Origin: Chrysomallon squamiferum
Lineage: Eukaryota; Animalia; Mollusca
Assembly (NCBI GenBank): GCA_012295275.1
Contig: CM022676.1
Coordinates: 5,766,001-5,830,000, forward strand
Length of the DNA stretch: 64,000 nt
Direction of reading: 5' to 3'
Under the pieces are notes generated by a model, which saw nothing but the letters and a program-made list of their open reading frames with translations, ran no database searches and had not been told where the DNA came from. Positions 28,473 through 42,210 of the stretch are shown here, one piece after another (the stretch's first letter is position 1; each line of letters opens with the position of its first letter). The position numbers were made by a program, and so were the translations under genes.

Positions 28473-29559
28473 AAATCTTCATCATAATTATTCATATTTC
28501 TTTTTTAATTTTATTATTCTTTTAGATTTAGTTTAAATTTGCAAAACTAGGTTCATTTAATGAAACATTTAAAAAAACAGCCAAAAACAATAACAAAAGC
28601 TAAATTCTACTTTATTGAAATTGTTTTTCAAAATTTTTTAATTTAAAACCTCCCCCACAAAATAAGCCACCTAAATTCTGCTTAGTCTTAATTATTTTTG
28701 AAGAAACACTTACACTGACAAAAAGCCTGGAAAAAACTATTTTGTTTCTGTGAAGAAAAGATCTGATAGTGTCCCTGTAGTATTATTAATAACAAAGATT
28801 ATATAAAAAAATATTTCCAACACCTCATTAAAGTTTATTGCAGGAATTACAAACCTAGAAAAGTAATAAAATTTAAAATTGTCTGTCTGCCATATTGATT
28901 TATTCAGTCAAAATGTTTTTAAATTTTTTTAACTTTTTTTTTTTTTTCTTTTTGTTGTTGTTGCAGGTTTTAGATGTATTAATTTTTTTTAATTTTTTTT
29001 ATATTGTTAAGTGTTAAATTGCAAAAGATTAAAATTTTACATTCAAAATTGATTATTTACATATTTTTTTAATTTGTTCATATTTTTTTTTTTTTTTTGT
29101 TTCTTCACCTTAATCGGATTCCATTCATTCATCCTTTCATCTTTCTTTTCATTCATTCATCCTTTCATCTTACTTTCCATTTATTCGTCCTTTTCGTCCC
29201 GTTTTTCTTCCTTTCCTTCAACTATCCATCAGTTGATCAACCCATTCTCACATCCTCAACCATTTTCTCTGTTGTCCATTCATTCATCCCTCCCCCCATC
29301 TGTCAAATCCAAGCAACAAATCATCTATCAGATTTACAAAACGTGCTCTCCATATTTTTTTATTTCTTCTGTTGCTCAAGTTTACCCATTTTTCATGTTT
29401 TTGACCATGATAACCCAGCGAATCTTTCGTTACATCATTTCATATCAGCCAGCTCTCTGTTTACCTTGCAATTTTACGAAACTCAACACGAGGTTATATT
29501 TTCCAAACGATTACCTTTTTTTTTCTGATAATGTCCTATCTTTGCATGTCTCATATTTC

Positions 29560-29592
29560 TGTAATGATCATTATTTTCTTTTACAGGTAAGA
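29560..29592 (+). other. Candidate recursive splice site (acceptor immediately followed by donor)
   Basis: TTATTTTCTTTTACAG|GTAAGA, preceded by a pyrimidine-rich stretch without AG from about 29495. Confidence 0.4.
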
Positions 29593-30306
29593 ACAGATTT
29601 TTATGCTGTGCTCATTCTTTTTTGTGGTTGTATTCATCCTTCCTAAAATAACCGATTTCATCATCCTTTCATTTTTATATAATCTGTCTAACCATACGTA
29701 CATCATCTGTCCATTACATGCATCCTTTCATCATAATTTTTGTATCCATTTCATTCATCCATATACCCACCCATCCACCAATTCATTGATCCATCCATCA
29801 TCCTGTTCTTTTAAACTCTACCACAGATCCATCCACTATTAGTATATTATTCTTAAACTGTACCATCTATCCCCAAAATCAATTCACACATCCAAATCTC
29901 TCCATCATGATATCCTTTCCAATCTCAACTTCTGGTAACAACAATTACCAGAAGGATAACAATTTTCTAATGAGTGTATGAAACTCATTGTTTGATTGTA
30001 TTTGAAATAAAAAAATAAAAAAAATCTTCGTGGAGAGGATTTTTTTTTTTTTTTTTTTGTGTGTGTGTTTGTTTTTCGTCCACTGAGCTGTTAATCTCGT
30101 CCAGCAGAAAGAGGCTGCAGATTCACGGCAATCAACTCTTTTGTTGTTGTTAATCTGACGTCACGCTCGGTCGCACCAGATAATGATTCAGTCACAACAG
30201 TCAGTCAGTCAACCGGATCAGCTTGCCTGTCGTGTGTGGTGGTTGTGCCACACGCATAAAAGATAACTAGCTGCAGATCGATAAAAGTGACCTTAGAGAT
30301 GCATCC

Positions 30307-30329
<23 letters not shown>

Positions 30330-30351
<22 letters not shown>

Positions 30352-30755
30352 GCTGTTATAAATTTATATTAGTGTGTTAATTAATGATTGGTGGTGTGAG
30401 AGTTTCTGTGTGTGTGTTTTAGGCAGAGTCTTCTAAAAGATTCCTTGCTGCTGGTTGGTAAAAGAGTCCTCAGTGATGCACCAAATATATTTTTTTTCTT
30501 TGCTATTTTAAGTTCATATTGGTGTATTATTTATGATTGTGGTATGTGAGTCTGTTTGGCAGTTTTCTATAAAAGATTTCTTGCTGCTGGTTAGTAAAAG
30601 AGTCCTCAGTGATGCACCAACTTTGTTTTTTTTTCTTTGCTGTTTTAAGTTCATATTGGTGTGTTATCAATGACTGTGGTATATGAGTCTGTTTGGCAGT
30701 TTTCTATAAAAGATTCCTTGCTGCATATCATTAAAAGTGATCTCAGTGATGTAGT
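30330..30755 (+). repeat. ~130-140 bp triplication containing a SINE-body fragment
   Basis: TAAAAGATT(C/T)CTTGCTGC at ~30434, 30570 and 30707, similar to the SINE fragment ends at ~33930 and ~39392. Confidence 0.7.
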
Positions 30756-30842
30756 AGCAGTTGCTGGGTTTGTTTTTTGTGTGCAGTTTGTAGTTTATGT
30801 TTGTGTAGTCAAATTGGTAGCAGTATCTATCCATACATTGTA

Positions 30843-30843
30843 C

Positions 30844-30874
<31 letters not shown>

Positions 30875-31265
30875 CATAGTAGTAATATAGTTTAGTATAG
30901 TAGTAATAGTAGCAGTAGTGGTGTGGTAATAGTAATAATAGAAGTAGTAGTTGTACATGCAGTAGTAGTAGCAACAGAAGCAGCAACAGTGGTTGTAGTA
31001 ATAGTAGAAGTAATAGTAGTAACTAATAATTGCAGCAATGGTGATAGCAGTAGTTGTAACAGTAGCAGCAGCAGTAGCAGCAGCAGCAGTAGTAGCAGTA
31101 GTAGTAGTAGCAGCAGCAGTAGTAGTAGTAGTAGCAGTAGTAGTAGTAGTAACAGCAGCAGCAATAGAAATTCCAGCAACAGCAAAAATTGCAGTGATAG
31201 TCTATCAGTGACAACACATCCAGTAACATTGGCAGCAACTACTACTACTACTACTACTACAATAA
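30843..31265 (+). repeat. (GTA)n/(GCA)n field
   Basis: Directly visible. Confidence 0.9.
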
Positions 31266-32234
31266 CAACAAATCATCAGATGAACTTCCAGTAAACACAA
31301 CAAAAAAAAAAAAAAAAAAAAAAACCTTCAACAAAAAAAAAAAATACTAATAAAAAAAAAAAAAAAAAAAAATACAAATAAATAATAATAATGTGTTTTT
31401 CTAGTTCCGGAACTTCCTCCACTAACTGACTTCGCTACTACTACTTACTGTGAGCTGTGTTTTGTGTTCAGCACTTTTATTTGTTTATTGGAAACTCTTG
31501 TCATCATCATTCAGGCTCTCTCAGATCACACTCTTCCTGGCTATTGATTTAAGTCAAAGCAGTCAGGTTTGTCTGTGTGTTTCTTAAAACTGCCTGCCAG
31601 TTTTTTTTCCAGTTACTTCTCATTTACAAGTTGTGGCGATGTGGGTTTTATGTCTGTTTGACTGTTATGTTCGTTCATGTGAGTGTGTGTGTGTGAGAGG
31701 TTTGTTTTGTTTTTTTGTTTTTAATACATCTTTGAAGGGTTTATCTTGAGTCACTATTTGTTTCAATATATCTTTGAAGAGTTTCTGTTGCATTTAATAC
31801 ATCTAAAATCACTAGTAGATTATCTTGAGTCACTATTTGTTTTAATATATCTAGAGTCATTGTTGTATTTAATATATCTTAAGTTACTTTTATACATCTC
31901 TGAAGAATTTCTGTTGTATTTAGTATACCTCAAGTCACTTTTATATATCTCTGGAGAGCCACTTTTGTATTTTATATCTTTGGAAATCACTTTTGTATTA
32001 CATATATCTTTCACTGTTGATTTAATATTGTCATTTTATATTATCTTTGAATTTTTGTATTAAATATACCTTAAAATGCCTTGAAAGAATCTTTGGTGAA
32101 TCAATATTGTATTTAACATATCTTGAATCACTTTTTATATATTTTTGGAAAGTCACCACTGTATTTAAAATATCTCGAGTCACTATTTAGTATCTTAGAG
32201 TTATATATGTGTTTTACATAATCAAAGGAACTGA

Positions 32235-32355
32235 AGCAAAAGATTATGTACCATCCCATAGACAGTAAATCACATCATGAAAAAAGCCCTATCAGTCACT
32301 GAGGGGAATTGAACCCACTACCTATCATTCCTCAAGCCAGCTTTCAAACTACAGA
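32235..32355 (-). mobile_element. Decayed tRNA-SINE (head plus partial body)
   Basis: Minus strand shows B box GGGTTCAATTCC (32305-32316), then TACTGTCTATGGGATGGTACATA, which matches the fragments at 33895-33930 and 41962-42010. Confidence 0.55.
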
Positions 32356-33849
32356 TCTGCAATAAGGACACTTTTATTTGGATTTTTATTTTTTTTTTTT
32401 TTTTTTTTTTTAGCCTCAGGTAGTTTGTTGGGAGATTAAATTAACGTTTGTGGACTGTTTGCATCCCTTTAAGTAGAGAAGTGGCTGGAAATAAAGAATT
32501 GTCTGTTTGCTGATCACACAGAGAGCTTTTGTCAGGACTTAAGAACACATGTTTGCAGTTCGCACAATAATTTGTCAGAACTTAAGAACTTCAGACGTTG
32601 CGTCTGCATCGCACCAGTGGCTAATGGTAACGAACGACGAAGTTGTTGAAGAGGTTTAGTACAAGGCAAAGAGTTTGTCGAACGGAACCCAGGGAAGAGT
32701 GTTATCTAAAGATGAATGGGCAGAGTGTTTGGATTGGGCAAATACGTTTTTGTGAAATGTTGCGGTGGTTCAAAAAGGAGGTAGAGCTGTTGTTGAAGAT
32801 GTTTGTTTTGTTCTTGTGTTGTCGCCGATGTGCTGTGTGTGTGTGTGTGTGTACGATGTTGTCTGCGACGATGGTGTTTGTATTTATGATGAAGATGTGT
32901 TGTTGTGTTGGGTCATTAATGAAAATGTCGATGATGCTGTGTTTTAATGAGGTTGTCGATGATGCACTTTACTGAGATTAATGATGATGTGTTATGATGA
33001 TGTTGTCGATGATGTTGTATTATGATGAAATTGTCCATGATGTTGTATTAAGATAAGCTTGTCCATAAAGTTGTTACAATGAAGTTGTCATTGGTGTTGT
33101 ATTATGATTAAAACATCAACGATGTTGTGGTATAATAAAATGTCTACGCTGCTGTTGTACCATGACAATGTCTGTGATGCTGTCGTATCACAAACCTTAT
33201 CACAACAAGAAAACAAAATACTATTTACTTCTTCATATACCAAAAACAAAATGGCTGCCAATACCGTTATCCTATCCTTATATTTTATCCATTTTTATTC
33301 CATTATCAATCCAAATAAAAAAAAAAATTTTGTTTTTTTTTTTTTTTTTTTTTTGTTTTTTTACTGATTGAGCTGTAATCAAAATGTTTTATACAGAATC
33401 AAAACGGACTTCATTATAGACATTTTCCTTTCATTTGACAATTTAATGACTGTACAATTTACGTTTAAGCATTTTTGAGCTAAATCCTTTGTGAAATATT
33501 TGCACCAAGAATTTGATAAATGTCTCAGTCAATAAACAATTTCAATGATTTTTATTTTATTTTTTTTTATTTTTTTTTTTTTTTTGGGGGGAGCCACTGA
33601 TTTGTAATTATTTACTGCCAACAAATTTTGCCTAAGTGAGTTCACTGCAAATTTCTGACATTTTGAATTTATCTTGATGTTTGTTACGTGTTTACTAGGA
33701 CTGGCAGAATCAGATATTGTCAGTTTGTATGTATGTATGTATGTATGTTATTTGCAGCATGTCTGTCAGTATTTTGAGAAAATGTTAAACTCACTTCCTG
33801 AGTGGTTTTTTTTTTTTTTTTATATAGGCTTTGTGATAGTGACTTTTTT

Positions 33850-33952
33850 TTCCTGTTCCAGCCACTGCTACATTTCTGGTTTTATGAAAGGCTGTGATTT
33901 TTGATTTCCTGTTTAAGTGATGGTTATATGAAAGAGATTCTTTCTTGCTGTC
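33850..33952 (+). mobile_element. Decayed SINE body fragment
   Basis: TTCCAGCCACTGCT...AAAGGCTGTG...TCCTGTTTAAGTGATGGTTATATGAAAGA...CTTGCTG aligns with 36588-36640(-), 39320-39420(+), 41962-42012(-) and 32235-32280(-). Confidence 0.55.
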
Positions 33953-34210
33953 TTCATGGCTGGTTGATGGAATATCACTTTTCCAGTTCCAACTCTTGTT
34001 TTTTCTTGCTGATTAAATTTACCTAGCTATAATTAGGAGTGATTTATCATTTTTACCAATCCAACCAGTGCCTCATGGCTGTTTGATTCAGTATCTTGTT
34101 ATCCGACAAAAGCTTCATAACTGATTATTTATATATCCTGTTTACCCGTTCTAACCACTATCTTTGTATTAATTTCATATTAAATTAAATACATTGACAC
34201 ACATGCATAT

Positions 34211-34263
<53 letters not shown>

Positions 34264-34321
34264 GTTGAAATCAGTGCTTAATTTCACTTTAATTCAAAAA
34301 CGTGCATACGCATGCACATAT

Positions 34322-34373
<52 letters not shown>

Positions 34374-34959
34374 ACTCCAGTTGTATCTCTTGAACCACTA
34401 AATGTTTCTGGATTCGTTTAAAAGATGTTTTTAATTTTTATTTCTCTAACCTGCCACATTAGGCAAAGTCACATCAGACGACTTGTTTAATGTTTTGTCC
34501 TTCCATTAACATGAGCCAGTGTGTTTGTAGCCCCAGATCAGCTGATCAATACAAGATAAACAATTAATTATTTAGCTTGTCCTTACCTCCTGGGATAACA
34601 CAACTGCACATGCAAGTCAGGTCAGGACAGAAGAAGAAGAAGATGAAGAAGAAGAAAAAGGAAAAAAAAAATAGAAGAAAGAAAGAAAGAAATAATATGA
34701 AGTGGTTATTTAAAAATGAGTTTGGTGCAGATTAATTTGTACTAATGTTGTTTTGGGGGTGTTTTTTTTTTTGAAGATTGGTTAAAAAAAATTAGTTTTT
34801 TCCTGTTCCAGACAGATTTGTTTTTGGGTTTTTTTGTTGATGATGTAGGGTTTTTTTTGTATAATAGTTAAGGATGGGTGATTAATAAAGAAATATATTT
34901 TCATGTAGTTTGTGATTGTTGATTGCCCAGTTCTAAGTTATTTCTGCTCTTTAAGTGTT

Positions 34960-34997
34960 ATTATTTATTTATTTATTTATTACTTTCATTTCTGTTA

Positions 34998-35031
<34 letters not shown>

Positions 35032-35350
35032 TTATTTTATATTTTATCAGAATGATCATAATGATGATGATGATCATTATTATTAGTGCTGTTTATTTAT
35101 TTATTGTTATTAATATGATTATAATCAATATCATTATTATTATTGTATCCTTATTACATTTATCGTTACTATAACTATTATTGTTGCTATTATATTATTA
35201 CTATTATTATTATTTATTATCATTATTATTATTATTATTATTATTGTCATTATCATTAATCATATTCTCATTATTATTATTATTGTTATTTTTACTATTA
35301 TTATTATTATTACTGTTACTATTATTATCATTATTATTATTACATATTTT
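34960..35350 (+). repeat. (TTA)n field
   Basis: Directly visible. Confidence 0.9.
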
Positions 35351-35684
35351 ATATTTTCCTAGTGTTTAATTCTTATTTACAACATTTCAAAATACAGTAC
35401 ATTTGAATGTCTTTTAAGTATGCAGGGTTTTTTGTTGTGTTTTTTTCTTTATTTCATTCACAGTAGACTAAATATCACCAGACAGCAATTTAAAGTGACA
35501 AACTGACTCTGAAAGAATCCATTAAGCTTTTAACTTTATTTCTCAGAAAACCTTTGAAAAAAAAAAAAGAAGTAAAAATTCTCTTCTTTTTTTTTATAAG
35601 AATAGGGCAAAAAAAAAAAAAAAAAGTGATAAAAAAAATGGAGAAATAGGATTGTTACACTGTCTCTGAATTGTTTCAAAGAGA

Positions 35685-35716
<32 letters not shown>

Positions 35717-36056
35717 AAAAGGAAAGAAGAAAAAAAAAAAAAGAATTTAAAATGAATACTTGACACAAAGACAAATGTAATTTTAAAGTTTCCTGCCAAA
35801 AATATTAATTTAATAACTTGAAATGGGTTGAACAAGTACACAGACTTGAAAAAAAAAAAAAAAAAAAAAAATTATTTGTAGTCTTAATTGTGACTGTATT
35901 AGGTGTATTCATTGAGCTCATCACAAAATCATCATCAGGAATGATATTTAATCATCTTTTAAGTGGGCTGTAGCTTAGAGGTTTTTGAGTGCAGGGCTGA
36001 GATGTGATATGTTGTAGGATCAAATCTCCATAATGGATTAAGAAAAGGAAACACAC

Positions 36057-36096
<40 letters not shown>

Positions 36097-36587
36097 GTAA
36101 CACCAAACTCACATTGAAGCAATTCTTAAAAACAAAACACCAGCAAAAAAAAAACAAAAAAAAAACATTACACCTCAGCAGGACCTCTTCACCTGTCAGT
36201 GCCCCTCCCTGCAAAAAAGGCTCCAGAATCAAATTAAACAGAATGATTCCTGACACTGCCGAAATCTTTTACTGTGGAATTTCCAAAGATGCACACACTT
36301 CAAGACGAAGATTCCACTGAAACAAGAAGTAACTGCTCTGCTTTAGTTTCTGGCAGACGAGGAATTCGTTTGTTATGGCTGTGTGCAATAGCAGCCTGTG
36401 TCGAATATTTGTCGTAACACACACCCCCACGCATGAATATCAAACCAGATAACGTGCAGTTGCATTGGTGGCTAATTTTCTGTATCTGAAAGCACTTGTC
36501 ATTTTGTTATTTCCGTTTTATCGTCTTTTTAGAACTGATGGTGAAATGATGTGGTGTTTTGTATAAAGAAGGTAACTGTATAATGTA

Positions 36588-36640
36588 GATGCACATATTG
36601 AAGCTTTTGATAACCAAGGAGCACTGGCTGGAATTGAATA
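36588..36640 (-). mobile_element. Decayed SINE body fragment
   Basis: Reverse complement TTCCAGCCAGTGCTCCTTGGTTATCAAAAGCT matches 33855-33893. Confidence 0.45.
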
Positions 36641-36826
36641 ATCATGAATAGATTTATTAATTAAAATGATTTATCAGCTTTATAACCCAATATATTTTAG
36701 TTTTTACCTTTTATTTGTCCAAATTTTTATTTTTAACATATCCTTTTTTTTTCTGGCAGAAATTTTTTTTTTTTATGTGTACTTTAAATATTTATTTTTG
36801 TTGTTAATTATTTGATCTCACAATAA

Positions 36827-36886
<60 letters not shown>

Positions 36887-37367
36887 CATTACCAGGAATA
36901 ATAGTAATATTGAAAATAAATAAGAATAATAGAAACAATTATATTAATTACAACAGCAGTAGTAGTAGTAGTAGTAGTAGTGGTAATATTAATATTGAAG
37001 ATGAATAAGAATAAAGCAACAATTATATTAATTACAACTAGTAGTAGTAGTAGTAGTAGAAGTAGTAGTAGTAGAAGTAGTAGTAGTAGCAGCAGTAGTA
37101 ATAAAAGTAGAAATACAAAAATACAAATAATGGTATTAGTGGTTTTGATGATGGCAATAAAATAAATAAATAAATAAATAAACAAACAAACAAACAAACA
37201 AACAAACAAACAAAAAATCATCTCCAAAGCTAGGTGCTAATTAAATTAAGAATCACTCTTCTAAAAAAAAAAAACCATCTTCCAAACCAGACAGTGATGA
37301 AGACACACACACACAATGAAATTTTGACAAAACCACTTTTCACCTTGTTTTTTTCCCCATCATTCCC

Positions 37368-37416
<49 letters not shown>

Positions 37417-37489
37417 CATCAACTAACACTTTTACTGGATACTTCTTTTTGGCAAGTAGCATTTGTTATTCTTTTTGGAACTCTCCAGC

Positions 37490-37640
37490 ACGGGCGCGGG
37501 AGTCCAGAAAGTGATTGTAGTAGTACTTTCCTTTCCACACCACTCATCCCGATTAGTTGGATTGGCTGCGCACAGTGACCTCGTGCTGACCTTGAGAGAG
37601 TAGCTATTTTTTCAGCAAGGACTGACTGTCAGTGAGCAGT
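37490..37640. promoter_or_regulatory. Promoter- or enhancer-like island
   Basis: GGGCGCGGG (37492), GATTGGCTG (37560, NF-Y-type), two TGACCT half-sites (37577, 37588) and retained CpGs. Confidence 0.4.
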
Positions 37641-38502
37641 GGTCATTGTTGTGTTAAGATAGGATTTTTGGTTTTTCGTTTGTTTGGTCTGAAATGGTGA
37701 TTTGTCTGCATGTTTTTTTTTTTTTTTTTATTGTACTCTGGCTGAGATAATTTATTGAGGTAATGTGGTGTGTGCTGTCTTGATGGTGGGAGAGATAAAT
37801 GATTTCTGAAAGGAAGGTGGTGTTGTAATTTTTCAAATTTTCAGTGATTTCATATAAAAGGATTTCTCTTATAACTACATACAGATATAAAATTTCTGTA
37901 TTTCAAGAAATAGGATTTATGTGTAGGATTTCAAATAAATTGTGTGTTTTTGCAATCCCAGAAATCATCATCAATAACATTTCATATCCAGAACGTAAAC
38001 CTCTGTATTAGCAATTTCAGTGATTTCAAAAAGGATTTATAGGATTCCTAAACTGTGTGTTTTTGGCAATGTCATACAAGGGATTTCTGAAAAAGGATTT
38101 TTGACCTCCGTACTTACATTCACTCAACGATTTCATACAAAAGTTTACTGTATTAGTATAGTAAACCCTCAGAATAACTTGCACATATAAATTTCTTGGA
38201 GACATTGTAGTTAATTAATATCATGAAGCTATGGCCACAGAGCTGCAGTATGGGAGTTTGTCTGTGTGTGTGTGAGAGATAAGAGATATTTTTTAGACTA
38301 CATAAACCTCTACACAATTTATCACACAGGAACTTAATACTCATTTCATTGAAACACGTCACAGTTTTTTACCCTTTTTTTTTCTATTTTTCTTTTTTTA
38401 TCCCTGTCAGATCTGTGACAGAGTGTGGTGTCTGACTGTCAGTTGTCTGTCACAACCAACCAACAGACAGACAGGCAGGCAGTCAAGTTCTGGTATTGTC
38501 TG

Positions 38503-38543
<41 letters not shown>

Positions 38544-38769
38544 CAGTGGCAGAATTTGAGTGTCTGTAATGATGAAGAACACTTACACCTACCTATAGGA
38601 ATGTTCAGTGATTTGTAACTGTCAGTCACACTTCACTGGAGATTGGTGGAGATGGAATAGGAAGGAGGCAGGGAGGGAGGGGAAGTGATTATAATAAAGT
38701 GTTGGGTATTTAGAGAATGGTGAGAGCCAGTTAAAATTAAAATATTCAGCGTATTTAGATTCGCTTATC

Positions 38770-39141
38770 TTCTGTTGCTTCTTGTTTCTGTATTTCTCCA
38801 TCCCTTTTTTCTTTCTCATTTCCTTTTCTCCTCATTCCTTCCTTCTCTGTCTCTATCTATTTCTTTCTTCCTTTCCTTAGTTTTAATTTCTCCAGCTTCC
38901 TTTTCTCTCTCTCTCTGTCTGTCTGGGTCTGTCTCATTCTCTCATTCTCTCTTTCATTCTCTTTCTCTCTTTCTCTCATTCTCTTTCAGTCTCTCTCTTT
39001 CATTCTCATTCTTTCTCTTTCATTCTCTCTGATTCTTTCTCTCTCTCTCTCATTCTCTCATTTTCTCTTTCATTCTCTTTCTCTCATTCTCTCTTTCATT
39101 CTCTCTCTTTCATTCTCATTCTTTCTCTTTCATTCTCTCTG

Positions 39142-39212
<71 letters not shown>
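38770..39212 (+). repeat. Polypyrimidine (CT)n/(CATTCT)n field
   Basis: Directly visible. Confidence 0.9.
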
Positions 39213-39216
<4 letters not shown>

Positions 39217-39269
39217 CACTTTTTCAAACCAAGATACATCCCAGTGAGTACAGAGTTCAATACAGAAAC

Positions 39270-39420
39270 ATTACTGGGTAACTGGATTAATCCTCATCAC
39301 TATGCACATATCAAGCTTTTTTCCCATTCCAAGCAAGCACTCAGCCACGTACAGCCATGGTATGTGTTGTCTGCGTACTGGAAGTTACATACAAAAGACA
39401 CTTTGCTGCTAACTGAAAAA
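39270..39420 (+). mobile_element. Decayed SINE fragment
   Basis: ...TTCCCATTCCAAGC...AGCCATGGTATGTG...CATACAAAAGACACTTTGCTGCTAA resembles the other fragments. Confidence 0.45.
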
Positions 39421-40256
39421 AAAAAATAAAATAAAATAAAACCTTCAGCAGTGGATTTCGTTTTTCATATCATCCTTGTATTTCCAAGAACCACACGATC
39501 CAACCCAAATTAACATCATTATTATCATCATTAAAACAGACCGATACAACAACATTAAATATTCAATCATTTTTTTTAATCGTCCATCCATCCATCCATC
39601 CATCCATCCATTCGTTCGTTCATTCTCTCTCTCTCGTTCCAGCTCTCATTATCTGTCTGTCTTTAACAGACACCAGACAGGCTCTCACAGCAGACGTCTG
39701 TGACCATAAACTTCGTGACATTAATTAACCGCAATGGCTCCGAGAAATTTCACAGAAAACTTTTTAAAATGACATTTTTGAGAGAGAGAGAGAGAGAGAG
39801 AGGGCTAGAGTCCTTGAAGGTGAATTGAGGAATGACGGTGTTGAAGGTTGCTAGGATACAGCATGTCAGTCGTACTCTTTGTTGTGTGTAGTTAAAGAAT
39901 TGTGCGCCGCGGAGGACAAAACAGTGTGCAACAAAATTACCTTACTTAGTAGAGAGAGTTCGAATTAGGGGCAGATAAATGTGACAGTAATTGCAAAATA
40001 AACATGTCACGTTGCTTAACGTTTGTTTGTGTGTGAATGTAGACTGATATTATTTAATAAACTTTTTTTTTTTTATTTATTTAATTTTTTTTTTTTTTTT
40101 TTTATCTCTCGGATATTTAGTTTGAAGAGCAAGATATATGTAGGGAGGGAGGGAAAGAGAGAGTGAGAGAGAATAAGATAGAAAGAAAGAAAAAAAAGAC
40201 AGAAATTAAAGAGAAGGAAAGGAAAACTAAGAGAGAGAGGGAAAGAGAGAGAGAGG

Positions 40257-40303
<47 letters not shown>

Positions 40304-40371
40304 AGGGAGGGAGAGGGAGGGAGGGAGAGAGAGAGAGAGAGAGTTATTTTTTTATTCACACAATTCACACA

Positions 40372-40452
<81 letters not shown>

Positions 40453-41272
40453 ACACACACTTACACTTACACCTATATAACAAACCTTCAACACAAAAAG
40501 ATAAAAGCCACAGCAGAGAAAAAGGGTAAATTAAAAATTTACCTCATGTCTGCACTGTTAATCCAGGTTACTTGCTTTCATTGATTTGTCAGTCTGAGTA
40601 ATGTTAACTCCACGAAGAAACAGAAACACAGTTCACCAGCACAGGTGAATTAGGTTTCAGACCCGCAGGCTATTCATGTTAACACTGTGGGGCGTGTCCC
40701 TTTCGGGTGGGGCACCAAGGACAGTTCGGTAAGACCCAGCTGACAATCGGCTTAGTGGATAATTAAGTTACACAATTTCGTCATGGCAACATTGTGCAAC
40801 GTTTGTTGACATTGTGAAAAGTAATTTTCCACTTTGCAAACACTTTGAAGATTTTTTTTTGTTGTGTCTCCATTTTTTATTTTTTTTTTTTTTCTTCTTT
40901 CTATGAAGATTATTCTTGTGGAAAATGGTATTTTTAAAAATGCATTTTCAGTTTTAGAAATAGTATGGTTTGAGATGTCTTTTGTTGTCAGAGCTTATTA
41001 TTTTTTTTTTTTTTGTTGGATTATTTTTTTTTTCTAAAATGCATATTGAGTTTTGGAAATATGGCTTGAGATCTTTTGTTTGTTTTTTTTTGAAGCTTTT
41101 GGAAAGGAGAATTTAAATTGATTTTTGTTTTTTCTTTTGAAAAAGTATCATTTCTAAAACAATCTTTTGATATTGAAAAAAAGAACAGGCAGTTTTTTTT
41201 TTTTTTTTTTTGTCTCTCACAGTTTTCATCTATACAAAGAACTTTTCTTTTGGAAAGTATTATCCCAAAACT

Positions 41273-41308
<36 letters not shown>

Positions 41309-41961
41309 TTGAAAAAAGCTGCTTAAATTGATTGACAATTAGTACTCTCAGTTTGTGTATTTGTACATCAACTCAACAGCACTTGACAATTTGATGAGAA
41401 CAGTCAGACATTTTCTTTTTTTTCTCTCTCTCCTTTTTTATTTTATTTTTATATTTTTTTTTTCTCCTCTGACAGTTTTATGTTTTTATGTTGAAGTTGA
41501 CAGATCAGGTCTATTTTTAAACATTATTAGTCATGTCAGTTTATGAGAAAGTAGCATACGACTGTAATTTATACAACATCGGCCACGCGCTCTCTCGAAT
41601 GCATCATTTGGTCAATTTGTTTCGCACCAGTTCACAATTTTTGGTAAAAAAAAGAAGAAAATGGTTCTTAATTTGAATTTTCATATAAAGGTGAAATTAA
41701 TTTTTTTTTTTTTTTTTATTTATTTATTTATTTTTTTTTATTTATATAAACTGAAATTTTCATAAAGTTTCTATTTAAACTGGAGTTTTAATAAAACTGA
41801 CATTTTTTTTTTTTTTGCCTTTTTTCTTAAACTGAAGTTTTCATAAAGTTAAAATTAATTTCTTATTGAAAATGGGAGTTTCATTAAACATCGAAAATAA
41901 AACTTTATTGTAAATTAAAGTTTTTATAAAGTTTTAATATAAATAAGATGGGGCATTTTTC

Positions 41962-42035
41962 TTAATTAGCAACTAAATATGTTTAATATGCACCTTCTCA
42001 TAGACAGGAATGTCTTTGATAAATAGTCAGGGGAC
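41962..42035 (-). mobile_element. Decayed SINE body fragment
   Basis: Reverse complement CCTGTCTATGAGAAGGTGCATATTAAACA...TTGCTAATT matches the family. Confidence 0.45.
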
Positions 42036-42210
42036 CTAAACTACTACATGTATTAACCTACTTCACTTCATACTTCCTTCCACCTACACTACTACACACC
42101 TCAACCCACTACTTCAGTACTCACTAGCACCACCCTCAACCCACCCAACCCACATTATTTCATACTTCAACCCTCTCCAGTATCCACCTCAGTTTGCACT
42201 AGTACCCATC

